A stretch of 64,000 bases of DNA from Candidatus Woesearchaeota archaeon. GTDB taxonomy: Archaea; Nanobdellota; Nanobdellia; Woesearchaeales; JBAZVA01. The stretch lies in NCBI GenBank assembly GCA_041661165.1, contig JBAZVA010000001.1, forward strand, positions 9,101 through 73,100. Direction: 5' to 3'. This document shows, in pieces, positions 37,979 through 46,844 of the stretch (positions within the stretch are counted from its first letter, which is position 1; the number at the start of each line of letters is the position of its first letter). A program made the position numbers and the translations under genes. Under the pieces are notes generated by a model. The model had not been told where the DNA came from and searched no databases. It saw only the letters and a list, made by a program, of their open reading frames with translations.

Positions 37979-38428
37979 TTAGTTTTCTTTATTCCAATAA
38001 AATAGTCTGACAATATATTCTTCATTTATTTTTCCGTCTGTTGCAATATATGTGTTCTCATTTATCACATCAGAAGATGGAATTCCTGTAGGGATAGAAT
38101 TAATATTTTTTGTAACGATAAATGTATATGACGATTGATACTCTTGTGGAAGAAATGTTTTTATGTAATTATCAACACACGTCACATTATATAACACAAC
38201 ACAGTGTCTGAAGTTTTCGTTTTGTCCTAATTTGTTTAATACTCCAACTGAATCTTTACCAATGTTATTAGCACCAGACGGAATTAAGAATGCTGTAAAA
38301 ACTACGATGATTAGTGATGCAATTACGGCTTCTAAAGTTTTCATTGCTCCTTTCTTATTCTGTATTTGAAATTTGTGTTTTCTTAATACTTTCTTTTTTT
38401 TCACAATATTAAAAATATTTATTGCCAT
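37979..38428 (-). CDS. archaeal type IV pilin-like protein (class III signal peptide)
   Basis: KKGAMKTLEAVIASLIIVVFTAFLI is a prepilin-type N-terminus. Confidence 0.55.
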   Translation of the reverse strand: MAINIFNIVKKKKVLRKHKFQIQNKKGAMKTLEAVIASLIIVVFTAFLIPSGANNIGKDSVGVLNKLGQNENFRHCVVLYNVTCVDNYIKTFLPQEYQSSYTFIVTKNINSIPTGIPSSDVINENTYIATDGKINEEYIVRLFYWNKEN

Positions 38429-39675
38429 ACTTTTACTCCCATCGTTACTATTTCTGTTGTACCATTATTTTGAATTAAATATTCATTCCATCTTTTGATA
38501 AATACATTTGACGTTTTTTGAGGTTCTGCAAACGAATATTTGTACTTTTCAGAATAATTAATATCAGTCATTAAAAGTTGAAAATTCATACCATTTGGTA
38601 TACTATACTCTGCTCTTATTTGGTTTGGTGTTTTCTTGGTAATATTTGAAAGCCTATCTATTGAAACTCCACTTTTCGTTGTAATTATTCCTGTATAAGC
38701 ATCAATTCTGTCTTTTTTAACATATTGCGAACCAAGTGGATTGTTTGAAAATATCATTTCTAAATGTTTCGGGTTATGTATTGTCATTTCTAAATCAAAT
38801 GTGTTCATACATAATGATATTGGAGAACTTTCCATTACAAAAGTAAGTATGGTACTAGAATCAGAAACTTCGAAAACATCTGCCGTGAAATTCATACATG
38901 AAGTTGTGTTATATGAAAAAGTTCCATTTGATGCGGGATATATAAAAAATTCGTTGTAATTTTTTAAATTAAATTTTAAATAATATGGAGTTTGTGAATT
39001 TGTATATAGATACATTCTTGAAGTGTCTGCAAACATATATTCTTTGTGTGTCATAAAATTATTTTTTTGAGTTGAAACTACTGCTACAGATTGGTTTATC
39101 AATTTCGTGTCAAGCATAAGTGATTTTTGTCCATCTGATGTGTAAATACTAAAATTAGCAACTCTTTGTTTGTTTAGATAAGTTATAGTATCAAGATTAC
39201 CATTCTTGTAGTTTGCTAAAAACTGTTTCGTATCAACATATACATTTGAATTTTGAACTCTAAGTTGTTTGCTATTTATTTCATCTCTATGGCTGGTTTG
39301 ATTTAAATCACTTGATATTATTTTTATTTTTGTTTGATTTTTTGAAATATCTTCCATAAAAATAAGCTCGTTATCATAATAGTAAAAATTTCTGTTGTCA
39401 TCTAGTCTTAAATTTGAAAAAGGATAATCGAGCGAAACAATAATTGGTTCAAGTCCTGTTCTTTTTGAATCAATAAATATTGGTAAAGAATCAACATTTT
39501 GAGTATAATCATTCATAAAACTGTATTTGATATTTGTAAGTGCTGCTTTTTCATCAACAAAAACTTTCTGATGCGGAGATACAACAACAAAAGTGAATAC
39601 TAAGAATAATAAGAATAGTGCTAGACTTACAATCCAGTCAACTTGTGACGACCCTCTTTTTTCAAAAAAACTCAT
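38419..39675 (-). CDS. large archaeal pilin-like / cell-surface protein (class III signal peptide)
   Basis: EKRGSSQVDWIVSLALFLLFLVFTFVV at the N-terminus. Overlaps the downstream pilin-like gene by 10 nt. Confidence 0.5.
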   Translation of the reverse strand: MSFFEKRGSSQVDWIVSLALFLLFLVFTFVVVSPHQKVFVDEKAALTNIKYSFMNDYTQNVDSLPIFIDSKRTGLEPIIVSLDYPFSNLRLDDNRNFYYYDNELIFMEDISKNQTKIKIISSDLNQTSHRDEINSKQLRVQNSNVYVDTKQFLANYKNGNLDTITYLNKQRVANFSIYTSDGQKSLMLDTKLINQSVAVVSTQKNNFMTHKEYMFADTSRMYLYTNSQTPYYLKFNLKNYNEFFIYPASNGTFSYNTTSCMNFTADVFEVSDSSTILTFVMESSPISLCMNTFDLEMTIHNPKHLEMIFSNNPLGSQYVKKDRIDAYTGIITTKSGVSIDRLSNITKKTPNQIRAEYSIPNGMNFQLLMTDINYSEKYKYSFAEPQKTSNVFIKRWNEYLIQNNGTTEIVTMGVKVWQ

Positions 39676-39723
39676 AAGAATTGATAATGAATATCTGTTT
39701 ATATATGTTATTTACTTACTTGA

Positions 39724-39855
39724 GTGTGTCCTAAAAGTCAGTTACCTGCAAGCAAAACAGTATTCAACATTTAAATTGGTCCTTTAGAATAAGTAATATT
39801 ATTGGTACAATTATTAGCAACATAAACAAGGCCGGTAACTTAGACTTTGGACACA
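39724..39855 (+). repeat. intergenic element, subfamily B; the 3' arm overlaps the last codons and stop of the RIO kinase gene
   Basis: GTGTGTCCTAAAAGTCAGTTACCTGCAAGCAAAACAGTATTCA...ACAATTATTAGCAACATAAACAAGGCCGGTAACTTAGACTTTGGACACA. Confidence 0.9.
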
Positions 39856-40691
39856 TCTTTACGTTTTCTTTTACTTTTTAATTCATCTTTTTTCTTTCTT
39901 TTTTCTTTATATCTGTCTGTAGGCTCTTTCTTTATTTTCAAATCTCTTGGTTCCATTAAAGGATTTTGCTCTTTTTTTGAATCCATAAATGCAATTTCTC
40001 TATACAATTCATCTTCCTTATTACTAACACCTAGTTTTTTGAAAAATCTACTTACATTTTTAACATCTCTGTGCAAATATTCGTAAAATGTTAAATTTTT
40101 GACACTAGTCATTTGGCTTACATCTATAATTACAGGTTTATCATTATGATTCAGAATATTGTATTCAGACAAATCACCATGTACAACATCAACCTCTCTC
40201 ATTTTTTTCATGAACAAAATAATTTCATCAAAGAATGCTTTTGGATTCGTAGGATATTCTTTTAAAAGAGGTTTTGCAGGCACTCCATTTGCGTCACCGA
40301 TAAATTCCATGACAAGAACATGATTAACACACGCAATTGGTTTAGGAACTCTTATTTTATTTTCATACAAAGTAATTAAATTTCTGTATTCTTTTTTTGA
40401 CCACATAAACACAACTTCACGTCTTCTTTTTGTAACGCCAACATAGTTTGGATCCATTTTAAGATAGTCGTACATTCTGTTAAAATCACAAGTTTGAAGC
40501 CTGTAAATTTTTACGCACACAAAATCGTCATCTTTTTTTGCAAGGAAAACATTTCCTTCTTTACCTAATGCAATTAAGTGTAACAATTCATCAAAGTATC
40601 CTTGACCTTTTAGTTTTCTTAAAACTCCTTCTGTAAAATTGTCAAAAACGTTATTATATACGTCCCATTCTTCATGAGTTTTCTTTGCCAT
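39840..40691 (-). CDS. rio1: RIO-type serine protein kinase
   Basis: GKEGNVF, VKIYR, LVMEFIG, VHGDLSEYNIL and IIDVSQ, followed by a basic C-terminal tail. Confidence 0.9.
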   Translation of the reverse strand: MAKKTHEEWDVYNNVFDNFTEGVLRKLKGQGYFDELLHLIALGKEGNVFLAKKDDDFVCVKIYRLQTCDFNRMYDYLKMDPNYVGVTKRRREVVFMWSKKEYRNLITLYENKIRVPKPIACVNHVLVMEFIGDANGVPAKPLLKEYPTNPKAFFDEIILFMKKMREVDVVHGDLSEYNILNHNDKPVIIDVSQMTSVKNLTFYEYLHRDVKNVSRFFKKLGVSNKEDELYREIAFMDSKKEQNPLMEPRDLKIKKEPTDRYKEKRKKKDELKSKRKRKDVSKV

Positions 40692-40736
40692 AATTGTAAT
40701 TAGAATTGTTCAGTATAAAAACTTTGCTTCTGTGTT

Positions 40737-40861
40737 CTGCTACTTGTCTTTACCGGCAAGCAGGCTTGTATGCAGTAATTAAATTAGTTCTTTAGAATAG
40801 GTAATTATATCGGCACTATTATTAGCAATACGAGCAAGGCCGGTAAAGACCTTTTAGACAG
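40737..40861 (+). repeat. intergenic element, subfamily B
   Basis: CTGCTACTTGTCTTTACCGGCAAGCAGGCTTGTATGCAGT...ACTATTATTAGCAATACGAGCAAGGCCGGTAAAGACCTTTTAGACAG. Confidence 0.9.
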
Positions 40862-40968
40862 TGTTTTTCGTCCAGAAAGTTTTATATATTGACTAAGAAC
40901 CATAAAAATAGAAAGGGGTGTATTGTAATACATTCCAAGGTTTCTTGGATTTTTTGAGGAATATATTA

Positions 40969-41964
40969 ATGGTAGATAAAGACCTTATTCAAAGATTGGC
41001 TGACAAGAACATCATTGACAAAAAACATCTTATTTGGTGGCAACTAGGTTATGAAGGAAGACAGATCTTGACTGAAGAAGAATTTAATAAAGGATTAGAA
41101 ACTGTGAGTTGGAAAGTTGAATTTGATGGAAAAAGAGAAGAAAAGGCTCATGATCCTGTAGAAAAAGAGTTTAAAATTTGGACAAAAGAAACTGTTCCTA
41201 TTTTATTAAAAACTATTAATTTAGGAGGGGAAATAGTTAATTGTTTTGTATCTGTAAAACCCATTTCTCATGATAATGGAATACGAAATTTAGAAATTGA
41301 TAAAAAATACAATTGCTCTCTTCCTGTATATGAAACACCTCATATAAGAGGATTAGTTGTAGAACAAAAGGATAAATTTCTTTTTTGGTATCCGTTTACA
41401 TATGGTTTTGAAATTGAAACTTATGCTACTCATAGATTGTATCACGAAGAAGAAAAGATGTCTATTATTGTCAATCCAATAAGTCCTGAAAGATTTTATC
41501 ATAATGTTATCAGACGAGGTTGGAGTGACGGAAAAAGAAACCAAACAAAAGCAAAAAAATTTTGTTCAGAAAAAGAAGGATTTGAAATAGTTCCATATTA
41601 TGAATTTGATTCTAGTAAAAAACATGTAACAGTTTATCCTGTTAAACTTAGAAATGCTCGATTAGATTTTCCTGTTTTTTTTAAAAGTTCAGAAGAACTT
41701 GGAAAAATTGACATTATGGGGATAGGTTATGCTTTTCTTGAATCTAATTATCCAAATAGTATTTTTTTCTGGGAACTTCCTACACATATGAAAAGAAACG
41801 TGAGGGATACATTAAAAAATAGTTTGGGGTTAGATGCTTTGCTTAAAACTTCAAAAGATTTAGAGAAATGTGTGTCAGGAAATAAAAATGAAGATTATGT
41901 GCTTAGTAAAGAAAGAGAAGAAATTCTTAAATCCTATAAACCCGGTGATGATATTCCTTTCTAG
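40969..41964 (+). CDS. hypothetical protein
   Basis: Intact ORF. First ATG at 40969; the track starts at GTG 40918. Confidence 0.5.
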   Translation: MVDKDLIQRLADKNIIDKKHLIWWQLGYEGRQILTEEEFNKGLETVSWKVEFDGKREEKAHDPVEKEFKIWTKETVPILLKTINLGGEIVNCFVSVKPISHDNGIRNLEIDKKYNCSLPVYETPHIRGLVVEQKDKFLFWYPFTYGFEIETYATHRLYHEEEKMSIIVNPISPERFYHNVIRRGWSDGKRNQTKAKKFCSEKEGFEIVPYYEFDSSKKHVTVYPVKLRNARLDFPVFFKSSEELGKIDIMGIGYAFLESNYPNSIFFWELPTHMKRNVRDTLKNSLGLDALLKTSKDLEKCVSGNKNEDYVLSKEREEILKSYKPGDDIPF

Positions 41965-41998
41965 AAAATGTAAAATTAAAAACATTTTTTATTAAAAA

Positions 41999-42283
41999 TT
42001 ATTGTGACATATCATCAATAATAGCATCAGAATCTTTCATGACTTGTTGAATTATTTCTTTATCTGTTCTAAATGTCTTTCTTTCTTTGTATTCCATTGC
42101 TTTAGAAACAGCAGCAATTCCTGCCATTTTTGAAGTTCCGGATTCATTAAAGTTTTCCATTATATGTTTTAGAACAGTATCAGAATCAGCAGTTTTATTT
42201 GCTTCTTTGTAAGAAAGTGCCTGCGAAACTGCGGTCATCATTGTAATTTTTAATTTTTGTTTGTCTATTACTTCGTTTGCCAT
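41999..42283 (-). CDS. small helical protein with internal duplication
   Basis: AVSQALSYKEANKTADSDTVLKHIMENF and AVSKAMEYKERKTFRTDKEIIQQVMKD are two homologous halves. Confidence 0.5.
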   Translation of the reverse strand: MANEVIDKQKLKITMMTAVSQALSYKEANKTADSDTVLKHIMENFNESGTSKMAGIAAVSKAMEYKERKTFRTDKEIIQQVMKDSDAIIDDMSQ

Positions 42284-42338
42284 ATTATATTATACTCTTT
42301 ATGACTTTAAATAACTTTCCGATATAATTTTTGTTATT

Positions 42339-42449
42339 GATGTCTTAACCAGCCTTTACATGTAGTGCAAATAATTGTATTAATTAAAACTTCCTATTGG
42401 AACTGCACTCATAATACTGCATATAAGTTTGCGTGCTGGTAAAGACATC
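42339..42449 (-). repeat. intergenic element, subfamily A
   Basis: Plus strand reads GATGTCTTAACCAGCCTTTACATGTAGTGCAAATAATTGT...TTCCTATTGGAACTG...CTGCATATAAGTTTGCGTGCTGGTAAAGACATC. Confidence 0.9.
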
Positions 42450-42548
42450 TAAGGTGCATCTAAATCAAGAAACATCTCAATCAACAAAAATCATAGAAAA
42501 AGGTGAAAAATAAAAAAAAATAAAAGTAGTAAACGTATAATTAAAGAA

Positions 42549-42782
42549 TTAGTATTTCTTTCTTTTCATATAACATTCTTTACAGAAAACATCCTTTCCT
42601 TCTGTTGGTTTGAAAGGTACTTCACATTCTGCGCCACATGATGAACATGTTGCTTTATGCATTTCTCTTGGGCCGAAATCTCTTTTGAATCCGCCACCGA
42701 ATCCACCGCTGCTTCCGCCGCCTCTATTTCCGCCAAAACTACTTCCGCCTCGTGATGATCCGCCTCTATTAAATTCACTCAT
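42549..42782 (-). CDS. RGG-rich small protein with CxxC-x17-CxxC zinc-ribbon
   Basis: N-terminal GGSSRGGSSFGGNRGGG repeats, then CSSCGAECEVPFKPTEGKDVFCKEC. Confidence 0.7.
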   Translation of the reverse strand: MSEFNRGGSSRGGSSFGGNRGGGSSGGFGGGFKRDFGPREMHKATCSSCGAECEVPFKPTEGKDVFCKECYMKRKKY

Positions 42783-42999
42783 ATATATATCCTCCGATAT
42801 ATCACATAAAAAAACCTTGTCGGTTTTCTCTGCGACTAACTAAGTATAATTGATTTTTTTCAATTTATAAACGTTCTTATTTGAAAATTTTATGCCATTT
42901 GCCGTTATAAGCCAAAATAACTGCATTCAAAGATAACCTTTATAAATAATAATGGTTTTAGTAGTGATATAGTTATTGGGTAAAAAAGAGGCGTGTGAT

Positions 43000-43641
43000 A
43001 TGTCAATTAATGATGAATTTGAACTCGTTCCAAGAGGAGCACTAAAAGATTTAAAGAGAGAAATAGACCTTCTAAAACAAAATCAATCACAGTCAAAGAC
43101 TGGTGAAGCTGAAGACCTTTCAAAATCAATCGCGTTGATGCGAAAAAGTATTGATGCTATGTATGATTTATTCAAAAAAGCAGCAGAAGAAATTAAACTA
43201 GAAGACAGAGATCAGAATTTAATTGAAAAGAAATTGGAACCTCTAACTTCTAAGATTGAAGTTTTGTCTGAGCAAAATCAAAAAATTGCAAAAGCATTAG
43301 TTACTATTTCTAATATGGTTCAGGAAAATATGAAGAAAGTTGAAGAAGTGCAAAAAAAAGCTGAAGAAGAAAATAAACAATCAATGCCGGAACTTCCAAG
43401 ATTTTCTGCATCACAACCAACACCGCCAAGTATGTCTAGTTCACAGATGCCTTCGCAATTATCACAACCACCACAAATGCAGTCTTCACCAATGTCACAA
43501 TCACAAAATTCTGGTCTTAGTGCAGAACCATTACCAAGATTAGGTTCAATGGGTGGAATGGGTTCGCCTAGTATGGGTTCATCAATGCAAGGTGGAATGT
43601 CAATGCCTCCACCACCACCAAAGAAAAAAGGATTTTTCTAA
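43000..43641 (+). CDS. coiled-coil protein with S/Q/P/M-rich C-terminal low-complexity tail
   Basis: Heptad-like N-terminal two thirds. Tail is PSMSSSQMPSQLSQPPQMQSSPMSQ...GGMSMPPPPPKKKGFF. Confidence 0.5.
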   Translation: MSINDEFELVPRGALKDLKREIDLLKQNQSQSKTGEAEDLSKSIALMRKSIDAMYDLFKKAAEEIKLEDRDQNLIEKKLEPLTSKIEVLSEQNQKIAKALVTISNMVQENMKKVEEVQKKAEEENKQSMPELPRFSASQPTPPSMSSSQMPSQLSQPPQMQSSPMSQSQNSGLSAEPLPRLGSMGGMGSPSMGSSMQGGMSMPPPPPKKKGFF

Positions 43642-43647
43642 TTTTAG

Positions 43648-44370
43648 GTGATTAAGTTGGACGCAGAAGTTGAGATAAAGCCGTCATCTAGTATGAAATA
43701 TTTCTTTATGTCGATTTGTAGAATGCACAGAGAAAATAATTTTAACAGATATGAGTCTTCTAACGTTCATAGTATTATGGATAACATGATTAAGAAAGAT
43801 CATTTGGAAATTTATAAACCAAATCAAACACAGAATGTACAATCACAGAATAATCAATCGCATAATAATTTTTCACAAAATAATTCAATACCAAAACAAA
43901 ACGTTGCAACGCAATCTAGTCAGTCAGTCAAAGTATTTGCACAACCTTCTCAATCTCAAATACATTCAACTGAAAACTTTACACGAGCTATTAACAAAGA
44001 CCATACAAACGATATTAATAATATTTCTGAGCAAATTAAAAGTATTTCTAACACAAATCAAAAATTAATGGAAGAATTAAACAAAATGAAATTAGAAAAC
44101 GATAAATTAAGAAACAAATTCGGAGAAATGGAAAACGTTCGTTTAGTTAAATTGGTTCCAAAAAAAGAAGGAAAACAACCACTCATTATTTCTGAGGAAG
44201 AATTTCAGAATATTCAAAAGTTAAAAAACACAATTGATGCATTAGAGCAAAAGTATGTCGAACTTGAAAAAAACGAAAAGTTCGATGAGAAACTTCTTAT
44301 GAATCATAAAGAACGAATCGAGCTTCTAAAAGATAAGTTGAGAACTTCTTTACACGATAAAAAGAATTGA
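43648..44370 (+). CDS. Q/N-rich plus coiled-coil protein
   Basis: GTG start 6 nt after the upstream stop. QN-rich middle and coiled-coil C-terminus. Confidence 0.45.
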   Translation: MIKLDAEVEIKPSSSMKYFFMSICRMHRENNFNRYESSNVHSIMDNMIKKDHLEIYKPNQTQNVQSQNNQSHNNFSQNNSIPKQNVATQSSQSVKVFAQPSQSQIHSTENFTRAINKDHTNDINNISEQIKSISNTNQKLMEELNKMKLENDKLRNKFGEMENVRLVKLVPKKEGKQPLIISEEEFQNIQKLKNTIDALEQKYVELEKNEKFDEKLLMNHKERIELLKDKLRTSLHDKKN

Positions 44371-44460
44371 TTAATTTTATATTGATATTCTCTACTGACA
44401 CAGACAAATAAGTTTTATATACATAACATCTCCAATGATTGCGGGATAAATAGATAAGAT

Positions 44461-44589
44461 ATTGTCCGATGTCTTTTTTACCGGCCTTTACATATAGTGC
44501 AAATAGTTGTACTAATTTTTGTAATGGTAGAATGCGTGAATATTATACTGCATACTAGTCTGCTTGCCGGTAAAGACTAATCGGACAAT
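44461..44589 (-). repeat. intergenic element, subfamily A-like with CCGG arms
   Basis: ATTGTCCGATGTCTTTTTTACCGGCCTTTACATATAGTGCAAATAG...CTGCATACTAGTCTGCTTGCCGGTAAAGACTAATCGGACAAT. Confidence 0.9.
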
Positions 44590-44622
44590 GTTGATAAGGT
44601 AATAACAAAATGGAGATATAAA

Positions 44623-45696
44623 ATGAGAATAGAATACGATACAAAACTTGATTTTTCTGATGTGTTAATAAGACCAAAAAGAAGTACATTAAAATCTAGA
44701 AAAGATGTGGTGCTAGAAAGAACATTTTATTTTATTCACAGTCAAAGAGAATGGACTGGAGTTCCAATTATGACTGCAAATATGGATACTACTGGAACTT
44801 TCGAAATGGCAAAAGTTTTGTCAAAGAATAAAATGATAACAGTGCTTCACAAACATTATTCAATAAAAGAATTAGCAAATTTTTTCAAAGATTTTAATGA
44901 ACCTGATTATATTTCATATTCTTTAGGAATACGAGATGAAGATTTTGAAAAGTTAGGTCAAATTATTAAACTTGGTTTAGATTCAAAATTTAATTTTGTT
45001 TGCCTTGATGTACCTAATGCGTATTTAGAATGCATAATCGAACATTTAAGAAAATTAAGAGAATTGTGTCCTAGACACACAATAATTATTGGAAACGTTG
45101 TAACAAACGAAATGACTGAAGAACTTTTAATTGAAGGAGCGGATATTGTAAAAATTGGAATTGGTTCTGGCTCTGCTTGTACTACAAGAAAACAAACAGG
45201 TGTTGGATATCCACAACTTAGTGCAGTAATTGAATGTGCAGATGCTGCTCACGGAATTAGTATCGGTGACAAAGGTTGTGGTTTAATTATTTCTGATGGT
45301 GGTGCTGTGCATCCATCTTGTGTTACAAAAGCATTTTGCGGTGGAGCAGATTTTGTAATGATGGGCTCTATGTTTGCAGGATTTTTTGAATCTGGTGGGA
45401 AATTAATTTCAAGAAATGGAAAAAAGTATAAACAATATTATGGTATGAGTTCAACACTTGCGATGGAAAAACATTATGGTGGTGTTGCAAAACATAGAGC
45501 AAGTGAAGGAAGAATTTTAGAAATACCTTACAAAGGAAAAGTTCAGGATTTTGTTTTAGAAGTATTAGGTTCACTAAGGAGTACAGGTACATATATTGGT
45601 GCAAGAAAATTAAAAGAGTTTTCAAGAAGAGCAACGTTTATCATGGTAAATAGACAGTTGAATACTTCGCTAGAAAGATTCGATGTGAATAATTAA
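44623..45696 (+). CDS. guaC: GMP reductase (IMPDH/GuaC family without CBS insert)
   Basis: MRIEYDTKLDFSDVLIRPKRSTLKSRKDV N-terminus and GIGSGSACTTR catalytic Cys loop. Confidence 0.9.
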   Translation: MRIEYDTKLDFSDVLIRPKRSTLKSRKDVVLERTFYFIHSQREWTGVPIMTANMDTTGTFEMAKVLSKNKMITVLHKHYSIKELANFFKDFNEPDYISYSLGIRDEDFEKLGQIIKLGLDSKFNFVCLDVPNAYLECIIEHLRKLRELCPRHTIIIGNVVTNEMTEELLIEGADIVKIGIGSGSACTTRKQTGVGYPQLSAVIECADAAHGISIGDKGCGLIISDGGAVHPSCVTKAFCGGADFVMMGSMFAGFFESGGKLISRNGKKYKQYYGMSSTLAMEKHYGGVAKHRASEGRILEIPYKGKVQDFVLEVLGSLRSTGTYIGARKLKEFSRRATFIMVNRQLNTSLERFDVNN

Positions 45697-45788
45697 GATT
45701 AAAATTCAAAATTATTTATGTTACTTATGAGTAGTAAAAAGTAGAAAGATTTATAAACGCTTACTCGTCATTCTATATTAAGATATCT

Positions 45789-46841
45789 ATGTCATTTATG
45801 TCTAAATTTAGGAAAAAGACCCTTTTAGCGCTTATGTTAGGTTTAAGTGTATTGCCTGCAAAAAGTAATGCTTTAGATGTTTCTTACATTTGCAATTCAA
45901 CCTCTTCAAATAATGGTGAATTTAAAGTACAACAAAATATTGGTCCAATTACACTTGATGAAAAATTCACACCAAATTTATTAAATACTTCTGAAAATAA
46001 CTGGATTAATTCATATTATGTTAAACAAGTAAATGCGACACAAGTTGCAAAATCAGCAATACCCATACTTGCAAATCACACATTGAGTGCAACATGTAAT
46101 ATTAAAAATATATATTTTTCATTAACAATTCCAAATACTCGTTTATTGTTAAAAAATCTAGACATTATGAATGGTTGTACTTCACTTGAACAAAAAAAAT
46201 CAATTCTTGGAATATTTGATAAATTAGGATTGACTGTTACAGGAACAAATAAACATTGTTTATTTTTAGATAATTTTTCTTCATATTACACGACAGAGAA
46301 AGACACTTTAACTCGTTTAAATGGAGATAATACTATTTCTAAAATAGTATATAAATATGATGTTCCTAATCAATCTAAACTTACTTCGAAAGAAATGTTA
46401 AGAGATTTGAGAATTTCAACAGGGCAAATTTTTGATTACGATTTTTCTATTATTTTTTCAAAAGACAAGAAAAAGATAGCTCAAATATATAAAAGTAAAT
46501 TATTATCTGAAGATTATTTTCTAGATAAAGGTGAATGGATATTCTCATACGGGCTTGATGTAAATGATGCTAAAAATATAACAAAAAATAATTCGGATTT
46601 TGCACACATATATTTTAAACGATTTTCATTAGAAAAAGGAATTACAAATAATTTATCTGTGAAATTATCTAAGCCAGATTATAGTTCATTTCTTTCGGAA
46701 TTAACTTATCATAAAAAAATAAATAACAATACTTTATTATTTCTAAAAATATATGATGATACTAATATAAACAATTTTGAACCTATTTCATTAGGTTGGG
46801 AACTAGGATTAAAACGCGATTTTAATTTAAGAAAACTTTAA
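45789..46841 (+). CDS. secreted hypothetical protein
   Basis: Signal peptide KKTLLALMLGLSVLPAKSNA. Confidence 0.5.
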   Translation: MSFMSKFRKKTLLALMLGLSVLPAKSNALDVSYICNSTSSNNGEFKVQQNIGPITLDEKFTPNLLNTSENNWINSYYVKQVNATQVAKSAIPILANHTLSATCNIKNIYFSLTIPNTRLLLKNLDIMNGCTSLEQKKSILGIFDKLGLTVTGTNKHCLFLDNFSSYYTTEKDTLTRLNGDNTISKIVYKYDVPNQSKLTSKEMLRDLRISTGQIFDYDFSIIFSKDKKKIAQIYKSKLLSEDYFLDKGEWIFSYGLDVNDAKNITKNNSDFAHIYFKRFSLEKGITNNLSVKLSKPDYSSFLSELTYHKKINNNTLLFLKIYDDTNINNFEPISLGWELGLKRDFNLRKL

Positions 46842-46844
46842 AAT

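Noticed and set aside
44443-44451. A further GGGATAAAT match just upstream of the element at 44461.
   Set aside because: There is no TTATCC partner at the 14-nt spacing. A single 7-8-mer match is expected by chance a few times in a window of this size.
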